A stretch of 42,554 nt of DNA from Candidatus Hermodarchaeota archaeon (GTDB lineage Archaea; Asgardarchaeota; Lokiarchaeia; Sigyniarchaeales; SOKP01). This document shows, in pieces, positions 29,498 through 39,312 of this stretch. The stretch spans positions 1 to 42,554 of the forward strand of contig JBHLLP010000030.1 in assembly GCA_048885525.1 (NCBI GenBank). The letters run 5' to 3'. The position numbers and the translations under genes are program-made. The first letter of the stretch is position 1, and every line of letters starts with the position of its first letter. Below the pieces are notes generated by a model that searched no databases, was not told the origin of the DNA, and saw nothing but the letters and a program-made list of their open reading frames with translations.

Positions 29498-30172
29498 ATG
29501 AAAATATATGAAGAAAAGTATCGAAAAAATGTAACATTAATGTATAGTGATCAAGAGATAACTAGATTAAATCAAAGATATCTAACTATTTTGAGAAATA
29601 TGCCAATAGGAAAAAGAATTCTGGATATTGGATGTGGAAATGGAGAATTTACTCGTCATTTTTTTAAAAAGTACGAAGAAGTTTATGGAATTGATATTTC
29701 TGAAACAGCTGTCGAGTTAGCACGAAAGAAGAACATAATAGCTGAACAACTTGATTTGGATAACTGTACTAAACTACCATTTGAGCCAAAATTTTTTGAT
29801 ACTATTGTCTGTACCGAAGTTATTGAGCATTTATTTAATTTTCAGAGTGTTTTTAAATTATTTCATGAAGTTTTAAAAGATGAGGGGATTTTAATCGTTA
29901 CAGTACCTAATGCAGGGTGGTGGAGATTTAGATTAAATGTACTATTAGGACGTTCATTTTATTTCAGTGGTAAAGTTTCCAAAGAATTATGTGGAAGTTT
30001 TAATGAACATATACGATTTATTAATGTCGCAGATATGATGAGAATAATTAAACCTTACTTTTTTATTAAAAAAATGATTCCTCAACTGGAGGGTGGATTT
30101 ACCGCCATCATTTCAAGAATTTGGAAATCCCTGGCTTTTAGGTTAATTTATTTAATGAAAAAAGAGAAATAA
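29498..30172 (+). CDS. Class I SAM-dependent methyltransferase
   Basis: ILDIGCGNG, GIDIS, FDTIVCTEVIEHL, TVPN. Confidence 0.9.
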   Translation: MKIYEEKYRKNVTLMYSDQEITRLNQRYLTILRNMPIGKRILDIGCGNGEFTRHFFKKYEEVYGIDISETAVELARKKNIIAEQLDLDNCTKLPFEPKFFDTIVCTEVIEHLFNFQSVFKLFHEVLKDEGILIVTVPNAGWWRFRLNVLLGRSFYFSGKVSKELCGSFNEHIRFINVADMMRIIKPYFFIKKMIPQLEGGFTAIISRIWKSLAFRLIYLMKKEK

Positions 30173-30180
30173 TCAAATTT

Positions 30181-31287
30181 TCATTTGATCTTAATATTTC
30201 TATAGATTTCCTCAAATTTTTTTCCTATTATTTTCCAATCATACTTTTTCGCTAAATCCAAATTATAACTACCCATTTTCGTAAGCTCATGTTTCCTATT
30301 AATTGCTTCTTCTAATGTTTTTGATAATCCATTTTTGTCGGTGGGATCGTAAAGGAAAGACCCTTTTTCATCTAAAATATCAATGATACAACCTAGACGT
30401 GGTGCTATAATAGGTTTTGCAAAAGTCATTGCCAAAATAACTTCCCCTGAAGTAAGAATTCTTCTATAACAGTTTACCACAATATCAGAAGCATTCATAT
30501 AAAATTGAAGTTCACTATCAGGGACATATTCAAATTTAATTATTATATTATCACTTGTGTTCGCAATATCAAGTATTTCCTTTTCATATTGCTTGTCTTG
30601 AGTTTCTCCTACTATAAGTAATTTAATATTTTCACTAATTTTTAAAGATTTAAAACTTCTTATAAGAGTCTCTACTCCCTTATATGGCCTAATGCGCCCA
30701 AAATGTAAGAATATGAAATCATTTTCATCTAAGTTTAGGAAATTTCTTGCCTCGGATTTTGAAGCTTTATTTTCATAACAATTAAAATAATTACCATGTG
30801 GGATAACGTGAATTTTATTAGGAGAAACACCAAATTCTTTTTGAATCTCTTTCTTGGCTTGAGGACAATGAGAAGTTACAACATCTACTTTATTATAAAA
30901 AAATTTTCTCCCTAATTTTTCGATACGGGGATAATAGGACTCATGTCCATATAAGTTATGAACAGTATAAATTATTTTAGTTTTTAATAAATATTTAATC
31001 AAATACGTATCAATTATAAATAGAAAGAATTTTAAAGGAAATTTTATTCTTGATTTAGTATTAAATCCAGCAAAAGCAAATATCCAATGAATGTGTAAAA
31101 GTTTACATTTTGATAATAGAGTATTACGGAATAAAGGTAAAAAGCGAGGAATTTTTTTAGAATAAAGTATCATAATTCCTAAATTTCGCAGTGCATCATC
31201 CAAGCGTACAAAATAATAATCATTAATAACATTATGAAGGACAAACAATACTTTTTTAAATTTTTCCTTTTGTCTCTTTATAAACAA
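30181..31287 (-). CDS. GT4-family glycosyltransferase
   Basis: HIHW, TVHN, IPHGNY, FGRIRPYKG, TSG...AMTFAKPII. Confidence 0.9.
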   Translation of the reverse strand: MFIKRQKEKFKKVLFVLHNVINDYYFVRLDDALRNLGIMILYSKKIPRFLPLFRNTLLSKCKLLHIHWIFAFAGFNTKSRIKFPLKFFLFIIDTYLIKYLLKTKIIYTVHNLYGHESYYPRIEKLGRKFFYNKVDVVTSHCPQAKKEIQKEFGVSPNKIHVIPHGNYFNCYENKASKSEARNFLNLDENDFIFLHFGRIRPYKGVETLIRSFKSLKISENIKLLIVGETQDKQYEKEILDIANTSDNIIIKFEYVPDSELQFYMNASDIVVNCYRRILTSGEVILAMTFAKPIIAPRLGCIIDILDEKGSFLYDPTDKNGLSKTLEEAINRKHELTKMGSYNLDLAKKYDWKIIGKKFEEIYRNIKIK

Positions 31288-31319
31288 ATGTCTTTTACCT
31301 TGTTTGTTTTTTTAATACT

Positions 31320-32501
31320 TCAATGTATTTTCATAATAGTATTAATTAGTCGTAAAAAACCTTTCAGTTCATATGAATAATTATATTTTTCGATAGCATA
31401 TTTTTTTGCAGATTCCTTTAACTCATTAAACTTTTGAGGGTTATTCTTCCATAATTCATAGACTTTAAGAATTTTATTTTCTATTTCTGATGAATTTAAT
31501 GTGTTTAGGAAAAATGCAAAATCCTTACCATTTAGAATTTCATTCGATCCTATAGTTCTGGTACTTATAATTACTAATTTCGATGCTAATGCTTCAATAA
31601 TGGCTCTTCCAAAAGCCTCTCTACGTGATGTAAATAAGAACACATCACTTTTTCTATAATACTTAGGAATCTCATCATAACTGATATATCCATTAAATTT
31701 CACTTGTTTAGGGAATTTTTTTTCTAAGATCTCAATTTCAGATTCAAGTGGACCTTTACCACAAAACTCGAATTTAATCTCTATCTTCTTATTCTTATTC
31801 AAAACATTCTCTATTGCTTCAATCAAAACATCAATTCCCTTATCCACACTATCAAGATTTCCTATATAAATAAACTTTAAATTCTTATCTTGGTCATTGA
31901 TGTCATAATCCTTAAGAAATTGATCGAGTTCTATACAATGCCTGATATGATAAACTTTATTGGGTTTATAATATGCTTCTAAAAATTTTTTTCTTCTATA
32001 GGATATTGTATGATGGAAAAATCTTTTTTTAAAAATTGTAAACAATATAAAAGAAATTTTTAATCGGAGATTATGAAATGAATGTTTTTTAAAGCTATAT
32101 AATGGCATTCTATGGCTTATAATAAATCTTGGCCGGAGAGTTAAAAGACGAAAAATGATAAAGACTAAATTTGTTCCAATACCACTAATGTTAGAGATTA
32201 TAATATCACTATTTCTAATTAAATTTAATAATTTCAAGAACCCGATAGGGTATGGAATTGAAAAATATTTATTATAAATTGAAAAAATTGCTAATTTTAA
32301 TTGATCTCGCTTTACCCCTACTAATTTATCATCAATTAATTTTTTGGATAATAATTTGGTGCTTTTACCTAGATTTTTATTTGTATCTATTAGACTTATA
32401 TTAAAATATTTTTTTAGCGAAGATGTTAATTCAAGTATAGATAATTCTCCGCCTCGGCCATAATCTAAACTTAGTGGAGAAAATATAAGAACATTTATCA
32501 T
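31320..32501 (-). CDS. GT4-family glycosyltransferase
   Basis: GRGGE, KGIDVL, SRREAFGRAIIEALAS (E-x7-E motif). Confidence 0.9.
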   Translation of the reverse strand: MINVLIFSPLSLDYGRGGELSILELTSSLKKYFNISLIDTNKNLGKSTKLLSKKLIDDKLVGVKRDQLKLAIFSIYNKYFSIPYPIGFLKLLNLIRNSDIIISNISGIGTNLVFIIFRLLTLRPRFIISHRMPLYSFKKHSFHNLRLKISFILFTIFKKRFFHHTISYRRKKFLEAYYKPNKVYHIRHCIELDQFLKDYDINDQDKNLKFIYIGNLDSVDKGIDVLIEAIENVLNKNKKIEIKFEFCGKGPLESEIEILEKKFPKQVKFNGYISYDEIPKYYRKSDVFLFTSRREAFGRAIIEALASKLVIISTRTIGSNEILNGKDFAFFLNTLNSSEIENKILKVYELWKNNPQKFNELKESAKKYAIEKYNYSYELKGFLRLINTIMKIH

Positions 32502-32853
32502 TTTTTTCTTGCTTGGTTAATTATCTAATTAATTTCTAAGATTTAAAAAATAGTTCCAATTATATGTAATAAAAAAGGATCATATATAATTTATCTTAAA
32601 CAAGGCATTATTAGGATATTTAATAAAATAACTTTATAGAATTAAATATCCTAAAACCTTTTTCAAAAATAAAGTAATATAAAAAAAAAAATAAATTAAT
32701 TTATCAAAAATATTGCGAAGCTTTATGATAGTTAAAGAAAAATTATAGAAAATCGAAGAGTTCACTAATCCATGGAAAAAGCTTATCATTTATTAAAGAT
32801 GTTGTAAATTTTTAATAATTAATTTAAAATTAAATTAAAAATAAAATTAATTT

Positions 32854-34011
32854 ATGATTATGGATGATCTAATACCTATTGAACAACTTTTGGAAGAAAA
32901 TGTAAGAGTCAGAGAACTTGAGAAACAAGGATACATCATAAAACCAGATAATTTAGATGATTATTTAATGGAATTCAAGGATCGAACTTCTGCTTTACCA
33001 AAGAAAAGCTTTTGGAATGGAAAAAGAATTCTTATAACAGGAATTAGTGGTTTTGCAGGAAGTCATTTAGCAGAACAATTAATAGATCTAGGGTGTGAAG
33101 TTCATGGAACTATACGACGACATGCTGTTCCAATGCATGAAAATATAGAGCATTTAAGGGGAAACATTATTCTACACGAAGCAGATATAACAAGTGCAGA
33201 AAGAATTCTTGGAATTTTTGAACAGATTGAACCGAATGCAGTATTTCATCTTGCTGCTGAATCATTTATCCCAACATCTTTCAGAGAACCTGCACGAGTT
33301 AGTCACAATAACATTGAAGGGACTATTAAACTATTTGAAGCAGCACGAAGAATGGATAAGAATTTAGAATGTGTTCATGTTGCTTGTAGTAGTGAACAAT
33401 ATGGATTAGTTGATCCAAATGAAGTTCCAGTTGTGGAGGACTTAAAAACCAATCCATTTCGTCCAAGGAGTATTTATGGGATAACTAAAGTTGCTACAGA
33501 ACATATAGCTTGGTTGTACCACAATTCCTATGGTGTTCCTAGTATAATAACCCGAGGTTTCAATCACGAAGGTCCAAGAAGAGGTATTCAATTTGTGACT
33601 AGTGTAATACATCGACAAATTGTAGAGATTTTAAATAATCAAAAAGATAAAATTATCATAGGAAATCCTAATGCCATTAGAGATTATACCCATGTCAAGG
33701 ACACAATTAATGCTTACATTTTAGTTAGTGAAAAGAAGAATTATGGTGAACCTTATAATGTGTGCTCTGGAAAAGGAATCACAATAGCAGATTATGTGAA
33801 ATTAGCAAAAATGATTTATAATATTTCAGCTAAGGTATATATAGATCCAAAAAGATTACGTCCTAGTGAAGTTCCATTATTAATTGGTAGAAATGAGAAG
33901 ATTGTTAATGAAACGGGATGGTGTCCCGTGAGATCTATTGTTGATATAATTAATGACGGTGTTAAATACTTTCAAAATCACCCAGAACAATTAGGAATTG
34001 AAGCCCATTAA
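32854..34011 (+). CDS. gmd: GDP-mannose(/heptose) 4,6-dehydratase family SDR with ~50-aa N-terminal extension
   Basis: ITGISGFAGSHLA, HLAAESF, CSSEQYG, YGITK, FNHEGPRRG, GNPNAIRD, RPSEVPLL. Confidence 0.82.
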   Translation: MIMDDLIPIEQLLEENVRVRELEKQGYIIKPDNLDDYLMEFKDRTSALPKKSFWNGKRILITGISGFAGSHLAEQLIDLGCEVHGTIRRHAVPMHENIEHLRGNIILHEADITSAERILGIFEQIEPNAVFHLAAESFIPTSFREPARVSHNNIEGTIKLFEAARRMDKNLECVHVACSSEQYGLVDPNEVPVVEDLKTNPFRPRSIYGITKVATEHIAWLYHNSYGVPSIITRGFNHEGPRRGIQFVTSVIHRQIVEILNNQKDKIIIGNPNAIRDYTHVKDTINAYILVSEKKNYGEPYNVCSGKGITIADYVKLAKMIYNISAKVYIDPKRLRPSEVPLLIGRNEKIVNETGWCPVRSIVDIINDGVKYFQNHPEQLGIEAH

Positions 34012-34047
34012 TTATATCTCAATTTAAAAAACCTATCAATAATACAA

Positions 34048-34764
34048 TTAAATATTTAATTCCTTTTTCTGAATATCGATTAGTTCTAAAATTCCTCTTT
34101 CTCCTAACTCTGTAATTTCATTTAATTGTTTTTTAGAGAAAGTTGCACCTTCTGCTGTTCCTTGAATTTCAATAATTTCTGAAAACTCATTCATAACTAG
34201 ATTAACATCTACATCAACTTTTGAATCTTCACTATAATCTAAATCTAGTAAAACTTGACTATTTTTTATACCTAAAGAGATTGCAGCTACTACTTTATAA
34301 TCGGGAAACTCATAAATTAATTGTTGGTTATAAAGATAATTCAATGCATCAAAAACTGCGACAAATGCTCCAGTTATAGATGCACATCTCGTTCCTCCAT
34401 CAGCTTGTATTACATCACAATCAATTTTTATCGTACGTTCTCCAAGTTTTTCATAATTAAAAGCGGCTCTTATACAACGTCCAATCATTCTTTGAATCTC
34501 ATAAGATCTACCTCTATAGGGTTCTCTTTGATTTCTTATCTGTGTTGCCCTTGGTAACATTGAATATTCTGCAGTGATCCATCCTGTTCCACTATCTACT
34601 AAGAAACGCGGAACAGACTCTACAACTGATGCTGTAACTATAACTTTAGTACTTCCCTGAGTAATTAAAACAGATCCCTCAGGATATTTAAGGAAATTCC
34701 TCTTTATGGTGGTTTTCCTTATTTCATCAAAATTTCGTCCATCAAATCTTTTTTTCCCTAGCAT
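34048..34764 (-). CDS. rph: Ribonuclease PH, bacterial type
   Basis: GWITAEYSMLPRAT, GRSYEIQRMIGR, DCDVIQADGGTRCASITG, LDLDYSEDS, EIQGTAEG. Confidence 0.92.
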   Translation of the reverse strand: MLGKKRFDGRNFDEIRKTTIKRNFLKYPEGSVLITQGSTKVIVTASVVESVPRFLVDSGTGWITAEYSMLPRATQIRNQREPYRGRSYEIQRMIGRCIRAAFNYEKLGERTIKIDCDVIQADGGTRCASITGAFVAVFDALNYLYNQQLIYEFPDYKVVAAISLGIKNSQVLLDLDYSEDSKVDVDVNLVMNEFSEIIEIQGTAEGATFSKKQLNEITELGERGILELIDIQKKELNI

Positions 34765-34914
34765 CAAAAATGAACCAAATTTTCTTTAAATTAATTCTTA
34801 GAATGTATTAATTATAGATTGTTATAATCTGTAATTTAAACTCAAAAGAGTATATAATTATATTTTTTGTTATGTAAAAAAGTTTCTCAATCTCGGATTT
34901 TTGACAATTTTGCA

Positions 34915-35187
34915 TCATTGGATAAGTTTACATGCATCAATAATTTCCCTCCAAATTGCTTCCACACTTATAGCTTTTAACACTGTAGATTTTCTTTTTA
35001 TTCCTTCTATTATCTCCTTCTCTCTTTGCGGTTGAAATATATCCTTATTTAATCTTCTTTTAAGGGTTCCAATTTTTTGTGCAATTATTCCTCTTTTACC
35101 TAATAGTTCAATAATCTTGTTATCTATTTTATCAATATCTTTTCTAAGTTTCTCGAGTTCTTTTTCAAAATTATCATTTTCTTTCAT
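34915..35187 (-). CDS. Stand-alone AroQ (type II) chorismate mutase
   Basis: LRKDIDKID...LLGKR...IGTLK...PQRE...IWREII. Confidence 0.88.
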   Translation of the reverse strand: MKENDNFEKELEKLRKDIDKIDNKIIELLGKRGIIAQKIGTLKRRLNKDIFQPQREKEIIEGIKRKSTVLKAISVEAIWREIIDACKLIQ

Positions 35188-35237
35188 ACAAAAATAACTC
35201 CATACATAATTAGAAATAAGTAAAATTTATATCTCGT

Positions 35238-36914
35238 TTAAAAAAATATTTCTAAATTTAATTCCATTGCGGCAACAGGGAATACTAATTTGAAATTTAA
35301 TAAAACATCTGGATGTATTTCACCAATTTCTCCCATAACAGATCCATTTAAATATATTTCGCCATATCGACCATCAATGTAGCTTGGATTTTTTCCAGGC
35401 TTAACTTCATAATCATGATTATACCCTAGTGTCGTCATTATATAGTCTAATGTAGACTTTACCTCTGTATAATTTGCGTCTTCATGATAAGAGACTGCAG
35501 ATAAATGTACTTCTCTCTTAGCTCCAGTCTCTTCTTGTTTTGATAATAAAATCACATCTCCAACTTCGAAGATTCTAATAGGCTTCTCTTCAGATCTATT
35601 GAAAAGTAATGTATCTATCAATTTTGGAAGTATTTTTGTTCTAGTTGTGTTATATTCTTTCGAGACAGGATTTAAAATTTCTACTTTTTCTTCGGGTTTA
35701 GCCTTGTGTTTCATGTAATCAAATTGTTTTTCTGAACTTGCTAAAATGAAATTAAGAACTTCTAAATATCCTGCTCCTATCATAATTTTTCTTATTCTAT
35801 TAGAAAAATCTTGTTTTGGATGATATTTACCTATCCCTCCTACTTTAATAGTGAGTGGTAATTTAGAGTAACCATAACCAATTGCACATTCCTCGGTAAA
35901 ATCTATTTGATGCATTATATCTCCCCTATATGCAGGTACCTGAATATCTAAATAATCTTTCTTTTTAGACCTTTCTGCACCCATTCTTACTTTTTTAAAA
36001 CATTTAATCATTTCAGAAATTGATAAATTTAATCCAATTACATTGTTTATATAGCTAACATTTACCTGCCATTTCTTTGCTTCTAAATTAGGAGTAATTA
36101 TTTCTTTCCCCCCTTCATAATTCACTTTAACACTCTCAATTTTTGCACCCATGTCAGCTAGAGTAGTAGATAAAATGTTTAATGCCATATTTACTGCTTT
36201 AAAATCAGTACCAGTTAAATCTAAAAATAAATTCTTTGTATCATCAGTAACAGTTGTAAGTTCTCCATTTATTATCGGTGGAAAAGATAATACTTCGTTA
36301 TTATTATCAAAAATAATTGGATAAACCTCCTTTCCTTCTAAAATGTGAGCATATTCAATACCTTTTTCATGAATTAATAAAATTTCCTCCAAATTCATTG
36401 GATATCCATCACCATGTAAGGGAACAAAGCTAACTGAATCTGACTTTACCGCTGTATATCTATAAGGAGGAACAATATTATCTAAATCATGAACTCCAAT
36501 TGCTACTTTTCTTCTATCTCTTCCAATCGCCCAATGTAAATGTTCTTGAATATTCATTAGTGTAGCGACCTCATCTTCATCTAAATCGATATCTCGAATA
36601 ACTCCACATACTATATATGGTCGTACTTTTTTTACGCTAGGATCTACATTCAAAGTAATAGTACTTGGAGTAATTTCATAAGGTGGAACGCCTAATTCAA
36701 GTTCATAATATCCTTTAAGAGCTCTAGCGATACCTTCTGGACTAGAAAAATCGGGTCTATTCGGATTATACTCAACTTTTATCGTTTGTTCTTCTTCATT
36801 AATATCTTCTAAATCCAAACCAATCCATTGCACATCATATTCTAATTCTTTTAATTCTAATTTCCTTCCAACCAATCTTTCTAATCTTTCAATTTTTAAT
36901 TCTATTGTTGGCAT
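35238..36914 (-). CDS. pheT: Phenylalanyl-tRNA synthetase beta subunit, archaeal type
   Basis: MPTI, NRPD, QEHLH...GRDRRKVAIGVHD, SFPPIING, PAYRGDIMHQID..EE.AIGYGY, IFEVG. Confidence 0.97.
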   Translation of the reverse strand: MPTIELKIERLERLVGRKLELKELEYDVQWIGLDLEDINEEEQTIKVEYNPNRPDFSSPEGIARALKGYYELELGVPPYEITPSTITLNVDPSVKKVRPYIVCGVIRDIDLDEDEVATLMNIQEHLHWAIGRDRRKVAIGVHDLDNIVPPYRYTAVKSDSVSFVPLHGDGYPMNLEEILLIHEKGIEYAHILEGKEVYPIIFDNNNEVLSFPPIINGELTTVTDDTKNLFLDLTGTDFKAVNMALNILSTTLADMGAKIESVKVNYEGGKEIITPNLEAKKWQVNVSYINNVIGLNLSISEMIKCFKKVRMGAERSKKKDYLDIQVPAYRGDIMHQIDFTEECAIGYGYSKLPLTIKVGGIGKYHPKQDFSNRIRKIMIGAGYLEVLNFILASSEKQFDYMKHKAKPEEKVEILNPVSKEYNTTRTKILPKLIDTLLFNRSEEKPIRIFEVGDVILLSKQEETGAKREVHLSAVSYHEDANYTEVKSTLDYIMTTLGYNHDYEVKPGKNPSYIDGRYGEIYLNGSVMGEIGEIHPDVLLNFKLVFPVAAMELNLEIFF

Positions 36915-36923
36915 TTTTATACC

Positions 36924-38465
36924 TCATTTAAGATATGATTGTTCTCTTAACCATTTTATTGGATTAATATAGAAATCTCGCATATCCTTACGTCCATAAT
37001 AAAGCATCGCAATTCTTTCGAGACCTTGACCCCATGCTAATACACGAGTGGGTTCTTTAATTCCCCAAGGATAGGTGACTTCTGGTCTAAATATTCCAGA
37101 TCCTCCCATTTCTAGCCATTCTCCTAATTTATCATAATACACAGCAACTTCCATGCTCGGTTCTGTATAAGGAAAGAATCCTGGTTTTGTGATTATTTTT
37201 TCGAAACCCATTTTTTTGTAAAATTCTACTAATAGACCAATTAAATCACATAAAGTTGCATTGTCATCAATAACAATACCTTCCACTTGAGTGAATTCTG
37301 CTAAATGGGATTTATCAACTCGCTCATTTCTAAATACCCTATCAACACAAAATACTTTTACTGGTACTTTTTCATTGTTTCTATAAAATTGAGCCAACCT
37401 TCTCATCGTTGTTGCAGTTGTATGAGGCCTTAATAGAGTCTTCTTAGCAATATTTTCATCCCAATCATAACCCCATCCAATAGATCCAGAATCTCCCCCA
37501 TTTTCATGTGCTGCTTTAACAGCTAGTACCCTATCTCTTTCTGGTAATCGAGCGACTTTTGGATTAGTCAAATAAAATGTGTCTTGTAATTCTCTAGCAG
37601 GATGGTCTTGTGGTTGAAATAATGCATCGAAATTATAAAAAGCACTTTCAATAATCGGACCTCTTATTTCTGTAAATCCCATTGATAAAAAGATTTCTCT
37701 TATTTCATTAATTAAATTAATCAATGGATGAATTTTTCCTCCCTTTAATATTGGTCCTGGTTTAGTAACATCAAAAGACTTTAAATCGTATTTTTTCCAT
37801 GTTCCTGAACTTAACATCTCAGATGTAATTTTGCTAACTTGTCTCACTTCTTCAATCTCTGAAATTGAGATTTTTTTGCCCACTTCTGATAAATATATTG
37901 AACGTTTAGTTTTACGAATTTTATCTATTAATTTCCTTTTATTTAAAATATCTAATAATTTTAAGTCATTCTTAGTTAAAGCAGAATGATCAATAGCACG
38001 ATCTTTTTCAAATTTCTCTAAAAATTTTTCGAGCTCAGTTTGAGGCAACTCCTCAGCAATAAGAAATATTTTATTTACTCCTGAAGCATTACTTTGAGCA
38101 ACCCAACGGTTTTTCTTTAAATTTGAAAGCCCTATATAAAATAAATTCTTTTCAAAATTGGATCTTTTTAACAAATCATCCAAACTTATTTCTTTAATAT
38201 CATTTTTTAATAATATATTTATTAATTGACGTTCGGGAAGTCCATTTTTTAAATAACTCATACCTTCATCGTTTAAAGAAATTTTGAATATCTCTTCCTC
38301 TCTAAAACCCCCTAAATTATGTTCAATTAAGTCATTAACAGCTGACATAAGCACAATATAATCAATATCTAATTCTTTTGCTAGATCTATTGCATTCACT
38401 TCAGACTGCTTCTTTTTTAAAACTTTTAGAATTTCAATTACTTGTTTTTTAAGTTTTATAACCAT
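36924..38465 (-). CDS. pheS: Phenylalanyl-tRNA synthetase alpha subunit, archaeal/eukaryote type
   Basis: N-terminal winged-helix region (GLPE), NFDALFQPQDHPARELQDTF, VFRNE..D.SHLAEF.QVEG, FPYTEPS, GLERIAM. Confidence 0.97.
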   Translation of the reverse strand: MVIKLKKQVIEILKVLKKKQSEVNAIDLAKELDIDYIVLMSAVNDLIEHNLGGFREEEIFKISLNDEGMSYLKNGLPERQLINILLKNDIKEISLDDLLKRSNFEKNLFYIGLSNLKKNRWVAQSNASGVNKIFLIAEELPQTELEKFLEKFEKDRAIDHSALTKNDLKLLDILNKRKLIDKIRKTKRSIYLSEVGKKISISEIEEVRQVSKITSEMLSSGTWKKYDLKSFDVTKPGPILKGGKIHPLINLINEIREIFLSMGFTEIRGPIIESAFYNFDALFQPQDHPARELQDTFYLTNPKVARLPERDRVLAVKAAHENGGDSGSIGWGYDWDENIAKKTLLRPHTTATTMRRLAQFYRNNEKVPVKVFCVDRVFRNERVDKSHLAEFTQVEGIVIDDNATLCDLIGLLVEFYKKMGFEKIITKPGFFPYTEPSMEVAVYYDKLGEWLEMGGSGIFRPEVTYPWGIKEPTRVLAWGQGLERIAMLYYGRKDMRDFYINPIKWLREQSYLK

Positions 38466-38518
38466 TTATACTAGCCAATAATTTATTTTCTTCGTTATAT
38501 TTTTTAAAATCTCTAAGT

Positions 38519-38533
38519 TATTTAAATGTTTCG
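38519..38533 (-). promoter_or_regulatory. Candidate BRE-TATA promoter of pheS-pheT
   Basis: Minus strand CGAAACA-TTTAAATA about 54 nt upstream of the pheS ATG; AT-rich background limits specificity. Confidence 0.35.
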
Positions 38534-38640
38534 TGAATTAAATCGTTTAAAATTGCTGGATCATGAATTAGAACGATTATTCTATATCTTAATCAAATAT
38601 ATTTAGGTTATTATAACAAATAAAACTAATTCAATCCTCA

Positions 38641-38682
38641 GCCAAGAGAATAACTTATGTTATAATGTTTTATTCCCTTGGC
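38641..38682. repeat. Inverted repeat / hairpin with 13-bp arms
   Basis: GCCAAGAGAATAA-N16-TTATTCCCTTGGC; the single mismatch is a G-U pair on the minus strand. Confidence 0.75.
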
Positions 38683-38827
38683 AAAATAAAAAACTCAAAG
38701 AAAAATGAATCTTGATAAAATAATTCTTTAAAATGAGTCCTAACGTTATTAAGAATCATTTATTTTACCTGAAGAGTTCATTTTTAATATAATTTAATAA
38801 GACTTAATTCTCTAAAAAACTTTACTA

Positions 38828-39271
38828 TTAAAGTGCTTCTCGAATAGAAGTAGAGCTAATTTTATTTTGTCTTTTATCCTTTATAAGTGGAATGACAATT
38901 AAAATAAGGGGTTTCAATCCTATTTTCTCTCGATTTTCATTTAATTTCAAGGCATTTTCATAGGTCTCCTGACTTACCACTAATCCTTCATATTCAGGAT
39001 CTTGAGCGTATTTATCCATATCCGACCAATCTTTTATTTCAACAATGTTAATGCGTTTTAAATCGGCTAAGGAGCTAAGAAAATTTTTCAAATTCTCTTC
39101 TCTAGTTTTATAATCCTCTAACTTTAAGGGATATTGTTTACTTTTCAGTAAATCTTGAGAGGTTAGTCCTATCTCTACAAATTCAGAAATAGATAAAGCT
39201 GTTCTCAATAAAAATTTATGTCCTTCATGAAGATGATCAAAAGTACCCCCTAATCCAATTTTTTTGAGAAT
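38828..39271 (-). CDS. coaD: Phosphopantetheine adenylyltransferase, archaeal/eukaryote type, probable ATT start
   Basis: GLGGTFDHLHEGH (HxGH) lies upstream of the TTG at 39208; also GLTS, LVVSQET, N..R...GL.PL, KISSTSIR. No in-frame ATG/GTG/TTG upstream before a TAG; ATT 39271 is 8 nt after AGGTAGGTG. Confidence 0.88.
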   Translation of the reverse strand: MLKKIGLGGTFDHLHEGHKFLLRTALSISEFVEIGLTSQDLLKSKQYPLKLEDYKTREENLKNFLSSLADLKRINIVEIKDWSDMDKYAQDPEYEGLVVSQETYENALKLNENREKIGLKPLILIVIPLIKDKRQNKISSTSIREAL

Positions 39272-39312
39272 TTGAAAAACACCTACCTTGCAAAAATTAA
39301 TATTAATCTAAT

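Noticed and set aside
34321-34557. 78-aa plus-strand Cys-rich ORF
   Set aside because: Antisense to rph; the Cys pattern is explained by the reverse complement of the rph codons.
38641-38682. Hairpin as SECIS element or T-box
   Set aside because: No in-frame UGA gene nearby, no SECIS core motif and no T-box consensus seen.
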